10,479 bases of DNA from a bacterium (GCA_046757525.1 JBHHYI010000144.1:1-10479), one strand, 5' to 3'. Positions 1-6,941 are shown, counted from the first letter of the stretch. Numbers and translations are program-made. The notes: generated by a model from the letters alone, not told the origin.

Positions 1-1080
1 GCTGTGGATCTGGGAAATTTCGGCAGCGCTCCGGTGGCCGGGTTGGCCTACTTCCCGGAAAATAGAATAGCCTTTGCCACCAGGGATGGCAAGGTGGGAA
101 TGCTCACGGTGGCCGGAGATTTGCTCTGGCTGAAAGAGACCGCGACTGCAATTTCCACGGCCCCTGCGGTTGGTGACCTGAACAGAGACGGTCTCAATGA
201 CCTCGTCGTTGCCACCGACGAAGGCACGGTTGTGGTGCTGCAAGAGGATGGGGAAGCTCTGCCGGAATTCCGTACCAGTGGATTTCCTGCCCCGTCTTCT
301 CAAGTCGCTCTGGGAGACGTGGACGGCGACGCCTATTTGGACCTGGTTTTTGTTGCAGAGGACAAGCTTTATGTGTACAATCATACAGGCTTTTTGAGCA
401 ATAATTTTCCGGTCAGATTGAGTCCGGCAAATTCCGATGATGCCCACGCGTCGGTCTCCTCTTCTCCGATTTTGGCTGACCTGGATGATGACGGCCTGCC
501 GGAAATAATTGTGGGCACCGGTAGCCATCAGGTGGCGGCATTTCATAGTACGGGTAAAATAGTCAGCGGCTTCCCTCTGGAAGCCGGACAGCCCGTGAAC
601 TCGACGCCAACGGTGGCCGATGTGGAGGGCGACGGCAGGATCGAATTGGCCGTGGCTTCAGACGATGGCGTTTTGCACGTGTGGAATTTGCCGGGCAATT
701 ACGATCCGGCCGCCATTCCCTGGGGAAGTTACTTGCACGATGCGCAACACACCAATGCCAATTTGCAAGTTCTACAACCTTCTGCCCCGGTGGGACGACT
801 GATGCCCTCCAAGTCCGTGTACAATTATCCCAACCCAACCAGCGGCAATCAGACAGCCATCCGATATACTCTTAACTTTGCCGCGGATGTAAAGATTAGA
901 ATATTCGATTTAGCGGGTGAATTTGTCGATGAAATGTCTGGACCCGGTTTTGCACCGGCGGAAAATGAAGTCGTTTGGGGTTTGGACAAGGTAGAAAGCG
1001 GTGTCTATCTGGCCCGCGTTGAAGCCAAAGGGGCTGGCATGAAAGATGTGGTGACCTTCAAGATTGCGGTGGTTAAATAG
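1..1080 (+). CDS. FG-GAP/VCBS-like repeat protein with C-terminal T9SS type A (FlgD-like Ig) sorting domain; 5'-truncated by the window edge
   Basis: The frame is open from base 1 to TAG at 1078-1080. It has four DxDxDG-like repeats: PAVGDLNRDGLNDLVV, VALGDVDGDAYLDLVF, PILADLDDDGLPEIIV and PTVADVEGDGRIELAV. The C-terminal ~85 aa (from ~817) read YNYPNP...IRYTL...VKIRIFDLAGEFV...W...SGVYLARVE...KIAVVK, the typical T9SS CTD pattern. Confidence 0.88.
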   Translation, partial: AVDLGNFGSAPVAGLAYFPENRIAFATRDGKVGMLTVAGDLLWLKETATAISTAPAVGDLNRDGLNDLVVATDEGTVVVLQEDGEALPEFRTSGFPAPSSQVALGDVDGDAYLDLVFVAEDKLYVYNHTGFLSNNFPVRLSPANSDDAHASVSSSPILADLDDDGLPEIIVGTGSHQVAAFHSTGKIVSGFPLEAGQPVNSTPTVADVEGDGRIELAVASDDGVLHVWNLPGNYDPAAIPWGSYLHDAQHTNANLQVLQPSAPVGRLMPSKSVYNYPNPTSGNQTAIRYTLNFAADVKIRIFDLAGEFVDEMSGPGFAPAENEVVWGLDKVESGVYLARVEAKGAGMKDVVTFKIAVVK

Positions 1081-1118
1081 TTGACAATCTGACACGAATA
1101 TCTAAGTAGTGACGAACG

Positions 1119-1751
1119 ATGCGAAAATGTATTTTGATTATCGGCTGCGTATTTGCGGTTTTGCCGTGTAAAAAAGTCAAAGCACAGTACGGCAAGAAAA
1201 ACTCCGTGGGATTGACTACGAAAATTGGCATAAAACGCAATATGGTACGGCAATATTCTACTTTCGGATTTTTTTACAATCACTACTTCGGCGACAAGAC
1301 TTCCGTCAATTTTGAGGTGCAGCGTTTGCATTGTGGAGCCCTGTATTGCAAGGATGCGTCGGATGAAAACCTGGTTGAACAAATGCTTACCAGAAACTGG
1401 TCCGCAAGCCTGTCGTTTAATTATTATCTTAAGCCAGTCTTACTGAGCAATCTGAAGCCGTACATCGGCGTTGGGGCTGGACGGTATTACATTCAGGAAA
1501 GCAAGTCCACCATAAAGAAGGACAGGGAAAATGCCGAAGAAGATTCAATCGAGCACAACATGCGGGGTTACTACAGGCGCCCCGGTCTTTTTGGTGCGGC
1601 CGGTCTGCAGTTGAGAGCCAGGTCCAATACCTATTTTTTCATTCAAAGCAAATGTTCGCTTTTGTTTAAAGATAACGGCATTTTTTGGCAGCCTTCAAAT
1701 TTTACCGATTTCATCAGTATTACCACCGGGTTTAGATACATATTGCATTAA
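1119..1751 (+). CDS. Small outer-membrane beta-barrel protein (OmpW/OmpA-barrel/PorT-like), function unknown
   Basis: N-terminal signal-peptide-like segment (MRKCILIIGCVFAVLP...KAQ). Alternating amphipathic strands include WSASLSFNYYL, LKPYIGVGAGRY and GLFGAAGLQL, with a C-terminal strand ISITTGFRYILH. Confidence 0.7.
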   Translation: MRKCILIIGCVFAVLPCKKVKAQYGKKNSVGLTTKIGIKRNMVRQYSTFGFFYNHYFGDKTSVNFEVQRLHCGALYCKDASDENLVEQMLTRNWSASLSFNYYLKPVLLSNLKPYIGVGAGRYYIQESKSTIKKDRENAEEDSIEHNMRGYYRRPGLFGAAGLQLRARSNTYFFIQSKCSLLFKDNGIFWQPSNFTDFISITTGFRYILH

Positions 1752-1764
1752 GGGATTAATACAC

Positions 1765-4700
1765 ATGAGCAAAAAGAATCTAAAGAAGTTGCTTTTGAGT
1801 CTGTGTCTCGTGGTGCTGAGTGTCACCAATTTAAAGGCACAACCGGATACCTTTAATCATCCCGAATTGCATTGGTACTCAATCGAAACCGAACACTTCT
1901 TCGTCCATTTTGACAAACAGGCCGAGAGAACCGCCAGGGTGGTGGCGAAGATTGCAGAAGACGTTTACCAACCCATTACTTCTCTTTACCTTTATAAACC
2001 GAAGAGCAAGATTCATTTCATCATTCGCGACCACGACGATTATTCTAACGGCGGCGCGTTTTTTTATGACAACAAGGTTGAAATTTGGGCGCCGGCCGCT
2101 AAATTTGACCTGCGCGGTACCCACAACTGGCTCAGAAATGTGGTGACGCATGAGTTTACCCACATGGTTCAAATGCAGAGCTCACGCAAAATTACCCAAC
2201 GCATTCCTGCCTTGTATTTTCAAGCCATTGGCTATGAGGATGAACGGCGCCAGGACGTCCTGCGTGGCGGCCCGAACGTGGTGGCTTCTTACCCCATCGC
2301 CATGACGGTCATGCCTGGGTGGTTTGCCGAAGGCGTGGCCCAGTATCAGCTTCCAGGGCTCGGGTACGATACCTGGGATACCCACCGGGACATGATTTTG
2401 CGTACCGCCACTTTAGACAACAAATTGTTAACCTACAATGAAATGGGCGTGTTCGGCAAGAACAGTCTCGGCAATGAAAAAGTGTACAATCAGGGCTATG
2501 CTTTTGTTTCGTACCTGGCGGACACTTACGGGCTGGAAACATTGCGTCAGGTGTCGCAAAACATGCATGGCTTTTTCCGCCTGAGCTTAGACGGTGCGCT
2601 AAAGAACGCCACTGGCAAGAGTGGAAAACAGTTGTATGCCGAGTGGATCAGCACTTTGAAATCCAAATATGCTTACCAGACCCGCGACATCTTGATCCAC
2701 AAAGTCGAGGGCAGTTTGATTGAAAGTAAAGGCATGGCTAACTATCACGCGATTTGGTCAACGGACGGATCCAAGATTGCCTACATTACCAACAAGGGCA
2801 ACGATTACCTGTCCCAGACCCGATTGGTGGTCAAGGATTTGCACACCGGTAAGACGAAAGTCATCAGCGGTGGGGTGCATTATTCCATTAGCTGGTCTCC
2901 GGACGGCAAGCAGATCGCCTATGCCAACAAATCGGCGCGCAGCAAAGGTGGGTCTCATTATTACGACCTTTACACTTACGACTTGAGCAGGAAGAAAGAG
3001 CGCCGCCTCACCAAAGCCAGGCGGGCGCACAGCCCCAACTGGTCGCACGACGGCCAAAGGCTGGCTTTTGTCGCTGGCCAGGACGGCACAGAAAATCTGT
3101 ATACGATCAATCTCGACGATAAGAAAATCAAGCCGCTCACGAGTTTTTCCGCAGGCGAGCAATTGTACAACCCCCAGTGGTCCCCCAACGACCGATTGCT
3201 GCTTTTTGCCAAATCCACCGGCAACGACCAGGACCTGTACCTGATGGATGTGAGCAACGGCAAGATGAGTCCCATCATGGACGACCCCGCCGACAGCCGC
3301 GATGCCGTTTTCAGTCAAGACGGCAAAGCGATCTACTTTAGCTGGGACAACTCTGGCATTTTCAACATCTATTCGAAGAATCTTTACACCAAAGAAACGG
3401 TGCAGTGGACCAACGTCCTTGGTGGCGCGTTCATGCCGTCCATTAGTCGCAACGGCGACCTGCTGTTCTCTTTGTTTACTTCAGACGGCTACAAGATTTC
3501 CATGCTGAAGAATCCAGTGCCGGTCGACGAATCAAAATCGAAGTACTTGTCCTACAAGAATGACATTCAATTGGCTTCGGTTGAAAATTCAATTCCAAAT
3601 CTGAATTTAGAAGAAATCAAGGCCAAGAACTATGACGATTCCAAGACTCCCAATTACCAGGTCAAGCCGTACAAGAATCATTATTCGCCGATTGCAGTCT
3701 TGCCGCGTGTGATGATCGATTACGGAACGCTCAAATTAGGTTCTTATTTTTATTCGAATGACATCCTGGATAAGTACGGTTTTCTTGCGGGCTTTGATGT
3801 CAACAAACGCGGCGACTACGATCTTTTTGCTCTTATCGAGTACCGCAACCTGGGCCCCACCCTGTTTGTGGAAGCTTACAACCAGGTACAAAAGACCGGA
3901 GTTCCCGTGGATTCCAGCGAGTTGATCATCCGGGGTTTGACAGAGAAAACCTCGGACAGGTTTAAGTACAACTTGGTCGAGGTGGACGGGGGCGTGCGCT
4001 TCAAGTTGAGCGAAGCCAACGAACTGAGAACCGCCTTCGTGTTTAGCCGCTACAGCGCCCGGGTCAAGTCCAAAGAGTTTGGTGACGTGATTTCTTTCGG
4101 TTTCAATTATTTTATTGGGAGAGATATTTCGCTCAGGTTTACCCACCGCAACATCAAACCCGCCGTCCATTCAGAAATCAGCCCCAAGGGCCGATCCGTT
4201 ACCATTCGCTACGATCGTAAATTCGACAAATTCCTCACGGGATTTGAGGTCGATAACCGCTTTATTGATGGCATCGGTGAGGTTTTTCAGCCCTACAATT
4301 ACAACAAATTTACCCTGAATTGGCAGGAAAACTTGGGCATGCCGATCAAGAAGCACACGCTGAGCATGGACTTTAAAGCGGGTTTCATCGACACCAAAGT
4401 CGACAGTTTTTTCAATTTCTTCGCCGGCGGTTTCTGGGGCAATCGGGGTTATTCCTACTTCAGCATCGAGGGTCGTAAGATGCTCCTGGGGCGTTTCACC
4501 TACCGCTTCCCCATTGCCGACCATCTGGACATGCGCTTTATGCAGTTTTACTTCGACAAAGTGTTTTTGGGATTCTATTACGACTATGGTAATGCCTTTA
4601 ATGAAAGCATAAAACTAAGCGATTTCAAATCCACGATTGGCTTGCAATTGCGACTTGAGTCTTATTCATTTTATTCGTATCCTACTCGAGTTTCCTTGGA

Positions 4701-4797
4701 CCTCGCCTACGGATTGGACGAGTTCACGAATCAGAACCAAACTTTTGGCAAGGAGTTGCGGTTCTATTTTGGTTTGTCATTTGGGTTTCTTAACTAA
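1765..4797 (+). CDS. Multidomain outer-membrane protein: peptidase MA-like (gluzincin) domain + TolB/PD40 beta-propeller + Omp85/BamA-type C-terminal barrel
   Basis: SD-like AAGGGA upstream and a signal peptide (MSKKNLKKLLLSLCLVVLSVTNLKA). HEFTH lies at 2149-2163 and PGWFAEGVAQY has its Glu at 2329-2331. Six PD40-like blades span ~2740-3505 (WSTDG, WSPDG, WSHDG, WSPND, FSQDG, ISRNG). Omp85-like motifs are FFAGG..NRGY (NRGY 4441-4452), FYYDYG (4573-4590) and the terminal strand RFYFGLSFGF. Confidence 0.85.
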   Translation: MSKKNLKKLLLSLCLVVLSVTNLKAQPDTFNHPELHWYSIETEHFFVHFDKQAERTARVVAKIAEDVYQPITSLYLYKPKSKIHFIIRDHDDYSNGGAFFYDNKVEIWAPAAKFDLRGTHNWLRNVVTHEFTHMVQMQSSRKITQRIPALYFQAIGYEDERRQDVLRGGPNVVASYPIAMTVMPGWFAEGVAQYQLPGLGYDTWDTHRDMILRTATLDNKLLTYNEMGVFGKNSLGNEKVYNQGYAFVSYLADTYGLETLRQVSQNMHGFFRLSLDGALKNATGKSGKQLYAEWISTLKSKYAYQTRDILIHKVEGSLIESKGMANYHAIWSTDGSKIAYITNKGNDYLSQTRLVVKDLHTGKTKVISGGVHYSISWSPDGKQIAYANKSARSKGGSHYYDLYTYDLSRKKERRLTKARRAHSPNWSHDGQRLAFVAGQDGTENLYTINLDDKKIKPLTSFSAGEQLYNPQWSPNDRLLLFAKSTGNDQDLYLMDVSNGKMSPIMDDPADSRDAVFSQDGKAIYFSWDNSGIFNIYSKNLYTKETVQWTNVLGGAFMPSISRNGDLLFSLFTSDGYKISMLKNPVPVDESKSKYLSYKNDIQLASVENSIPNLNLEEIKAKNYDDSKTPNYQVKPYKNHYSPIAVLPRVMIDYGTLKLGSYFYSNDILDKYGFLAGFDVNKRGDYDLFALIEYRNLGPTLFVEAYNQVQKTGVPVDSSELIIRGLTEKTSDRFKYNLVEVDGGVRFKLSEANELRTAFVFSRYSARVKSKEFGDVISFGFNYFIGRDISLRFTHRNIKPAVHSEISPKGRSVTIRYDRKFDKFLTGFEVDNRFIDGIGEVFQPYNYNKFTLNWQENLGMPIKKHTLSMDFKAGFIDTKVDSFFNFFAGGFWGNRGYSYFSIEGRKMLLGRFTYRFPIADHLDMRFMQFYFDKVFLGFYYDYGNAFNESIKLSDFKSTIGLQLRLESYSFYSYPTRVSLDLAYGLDEFTNQNQTFGKELRFYFGLSFGFLN

Positions 4798-4814
4798 ATC
4801 TGAGGAACGGTGTC

Positions 4815-5651
4815 ATGAGAGCCACGGTTAAACTTTGCCTCTGTTGCGCCTGTTTTTGGGCGGCCACTGCTGTTGGTGCAGCACAACAAAACAAAGCCGG
4901 CGGGAAAGCTCAACTATTGAGGCTACATCAGGGCGATTTTCGCCTGGTCTTAGATGACTATTTTCAGGTCCAATCGGAGAATTCGGTGGCAAATAGTCTG
5001 CATTTCGAATCAAAGGCCAACTCGGTGCAGACCAAATCGGTTGCCAAAGCGGTTTTGTTTTCCTCAGCCATTCCGGGGTCCGGCGAGTTTTATTCCGGAT
5101 CCTACCTGAAGGGGATTTTGTTCATGGCGGTTGAAGCTGCTTCCTGGCCCCTCTATTTTCACTACAACAATCGTGGCAATGACCTGGAAGCTCAATTTCA
5201 AGGTTTTGCCGACAACCACTGGGTGGAAGAGGATTACTGGAACTGGCTTTCTCAAGTCAGCGGAATCTCGGTCAACGACATGGACGCCTTGCGTGAATAT
5301 GAAAGCGAAAACTACACCCATTTCTTGCCGGAGGTCAAGAATCAACAGTACTACGAGAACATTGGCAAGTACAATCAGTTCAACATAGGCTGGCAAGACA
5401 CCCAGACAGGTAACGGTCGGGATTCTCAGTTGCGAGACAACTACGTTCATCAAAGAAAGGACGCCAACGACAATTTTCAGCGTGCTACCAATCTAACCAC
5501 AGTGCTCATGTTTAACCACATTTTGAGCGCTTTGGATGCCGGGTTTACTACCAGGGGGTTTAATCGTCGGATCACGACTTCCCTGCGCATGCAGAATATG
5601 AGATACGGTTCCGAGCTCGTTCCATCTTTATTGCTGGGAGTTACATGGTAA
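4815..5651 (+). CDS. Exported DUF5683-like hypothetical membrane protein (paralog A)
   Basis: SD-like GAGGA upstream and a signal peptide (..FWAATAVGA). KSVAKAVLFSSAIPGSGEFYSG matches the KS-x3-A-x3-S-x3-PG-x-G-[QE]-x-Y pattern I associate with DUF5683. It has two hydrophobic segments and ends in the strand-like LLLGVTW. Confidence 0.7.
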   Translation: MRATVKLCLCCACFWAATAVGAAQQNKAGGKAQLLRLHQGDFRLVLDDYFQVQSENSVANSLHFESKANSVQTKSVAKAVLFSSAIPGSGEFYSGSYLKGILFMAVEAASWPLYFHYNNRGNDLEAQFQGFADNHWVEEDYWNWLSQVSGISVNDMDALREYESENYTHFLPEVKNQQYYENIGKYNQFNIGWQDTQTGNGRDSQLRDNYVHQRKDANDNFQRATNLTTVLMFNHILSALDAGFTTRGFNRRITTSLRMQNMRYGSELVPSLLLGVTW

Positions 5652-6469
5652 AAAAGCACGCCCAATTGACTGTTGTTCTCGCTTGTTTTTTGTTGCAAAT
5701 TCCCACTTTCGATTTAACTGCCAAAGACATCGGGCCCAATCCTGTTACACGACGCACTATCTTGCAGCCCTCCGCAGCCTTGTTTCAGTTCAAGCAGCAA
5801 GTGCTAAATTCGGTAGGGGTTGCAACTCGCATGGCCCTGCGAGTTCAGACTGTTGAGCCTCGAGAAAACGGATTACAACAAAAAGTGCCTCAGAAATCCA
5901 GAGGGCGCGCTTTTTTGCAGTCCCTCATTCTCCCAGGATGGGGGCAATATTATGCCGAGTCGAAGACCATGTTCAAGGTGTTTGCGCTTACCGAGGTCAT
6001 GCTTTTGGCCTCTTACACCGGTTTTAAGGTTTGGAGCAACTGGAAGGAGGATGACTTCCGGACTTTTGCGGTGACCCACGCGGACGTGAAGCTGGAAGGA
6101 AAACCGGGAAGGTATTTTGTCGATATTGGCAATTTCGACAATATATTTGACTTCAATCAATTTCAGTTGCAGAACAGAAATGTGGCCGCCCTGTATCCCG
6201 AAACCGAGGAATTTGCCTGGCAGTGGGACAGCAAGGCGAATCGGGACAGGTTCGAAGACATGAGGATTAGCCGTGACCGGGCAGATGACCGGGCGAGATT
6301 CACCCTGGCGGCCATTTTTGTCAACCACGTGGTCAGCGCGATCCATTCCACCCTGGCCGTTTACAAGCTCAATAAGCGGTTGGCCAGGAAAGGGCTGGGT
6401 CTCCACTTCGACATCGACAGCTATTCACGGAATCGGCATGTTGCGTTGGCGTTGGTGAAGAAGTTTTGA
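5645..6469 (+). CDS. Exported DUF5683-like hypothetical membrane protein (paralog B)
   Basis: Overlaps the upstream gene by 7 nt (ATGGTAA) with SD-like GGGAG just upstream. It has a signal-peptide-like N-terminus, the motif KSRGRAFLQSLILPGWGQYY, two hydrophobic segments and a terminal strand VALALVKKF. Confidence 0.72.
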   Translation: MVKKHAQLTVVLACFLLQIPTFDLTAKDIGPNPVTRRTILQPSAALFQFKQQVLNSVGVATRMALRVQTVEPRENGLQQKVPQKSRGRAFLQSLILPGWGQYYAESKTMFKVFALTEVMLLASYTGFKVWSNWKEDDFRTFAVTHADVKLEGKPGRYFVDIGNFDNIFDFNQFQLQNRNVAALYPETEEFAWQWDSKANRDRFEDMRISRDRADDRARFTLAAIFVNHVVSAIHSTLAVYKLNKRLARKGLGLHFDIDSYSRNRHVALALVKKF

Positions 6470-6545
6470 TTCCCAGAGGCCATCGAACTGCAATTCCTAT
6501 TTTATTCTCCCCTTGTTTATGCCAGCGACTCAGAATAGAACCCCA

Positions 6546-6675
6546 GCGCGGCGAAGCCGCAACCAAATTCCGTGAGTTTCGGTAACTTCGGCGCCGGTCG
6601 GTGGAAATAATTTTTTAGACCGCCGAAAATCACCGAATAAATTCTGTGTCCTTTGTATTTTCGGTTACGGATTTT
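6546..6675. repeat. REP/MITE-like structured intergenic element (GCGGC-GAA-GCCGC hairpin plus periodic imperfect palindrome)
   Basis: GCGGC-GAA-GCCGC lies at 6548-6560. TTCGGTAACTTCGGCG (6578-6593) is an imperfect inverted repeat of CGCCGAAAATCACCGAA (6621-6637). Outer arms are AAATTCCGTGA (6565-6575) and TTACGGATTTT (6665-6675), running into a T tract. Confidence 0.5.
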
Positions 6676-6793
6676 TTTGACTTTTTACTATTTATTGAGG
6701 AAACGAGGAGCATTTTTCAAAGAGTCTTTTCCGTGTGAGTTTTTGATCTGTGTCGTATACTTACTATTGGGCACTAAAGGAGACGGAACGGTA

Positions 6794-6859
6794 ATGGACA
6801 AATACCAGGCTTTGTCATGTTGCCGAGGTTGGAATAAACCGACCGGTCTCGAAGTTTAA
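6794..6859 (+). CDS. Putative micro-ORF 1 (21 aa, MDKYQALSCCRGWNKPTGLEV)
   Basis: Strong SD-like AAAGGAG ending at 6782, 11 nt before ATG 6794. The stop TAA (6857-6859) overlaps the ATG of the next micro-ORF. Confidence 0.3.
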   Translation: MDKYQALSCCRGWNKPTGLEV

Positions 6860-6921
6860 TGGAGCGTCTACTCACCCGATTGATGCTTAATCGAGTATGG
6901 AATAAACTGTTGGGCAACTGA
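6859..6921 (+). CDS. Putative micro-ORF 2 (20 aa, MERLLTRLMLNRVWNKLLGN)
   Basis: TAATG coupling to micro-ORF 1. It shares LxxxRxWNKxxG with micro-ORF 1 and ends 20 nt before the DUF547 start. Confidence 0.25.
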   Translation: MERLLTRLMLNRVWNKLLGN

Positions 6922-6941
6922 CTAACATTGGAGAAAAAGGC

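Noticed and set aside
1081..1110. Sigma70 promoter from the perfect TTGACA at 1081-1086
   Set aside because: Candidate -10 hexamers at 16-18 nt spacing (TAAGTA, AAGTAG, AGTAGT) are poor, so it is not called as a feature.
2758..3318. Long antisense ORFs (2758-3318, 3736-4170, 5873-6406, 7782-8402, 9018-9587, 9822-10322) and short alternative-frame ORFs
   Set aside because: All lie within well-supported + strand genes and show no recognisable motifs. They are expected shadow ORFs.
1765..4797. Annotating this gene as tolB or bamA
   Set aside because: It has no evident TolB N-terminal domain or POTRA repeats, and no pal/tolQRA or skp/lpxD context. It only shares the propeller and barrel modules.
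1835..5700. Lipoprotein calls from Cys residues in the N-termini of the envelope proteins (e.g. LCLCCAC in the 4815 gene)
   Set aside because: The cysteines sit within the hydrophobic region, and AxA-like signal peptidase I sites follow. A lipobox cannot be supported without running SignalP.
6677..6767. Promoter for the DUF547 block (TTGACT 6677, TTGATC 6743, TATACT 6756, TACTAT 6762)
   Set aside because: No -35/-10 pair has 16-18 nt spacing. A promoter probably lies here but cannot be located from the sequence.
6653..6859. 68-aa ORF from the ORF track
   Set aside because: It has a TTG start without an SD and its 5' part overlaps the structured repeat and T-rich sequence. Only the 3' part from ATG 6794 has a ribosome-binding site.
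6824..6909. Possible degenerate CRISPR array: two repeats 68 nt apart ending GGAATAAAC(C/T)G, reminiscent of type I-E repeat 3' ends
   Set aside because: There are only two copies and similarity is limited to about 16-18 nt. No third unit lies one period up- or downstream, there is no internal palindrome, and no cas genes are in the window.
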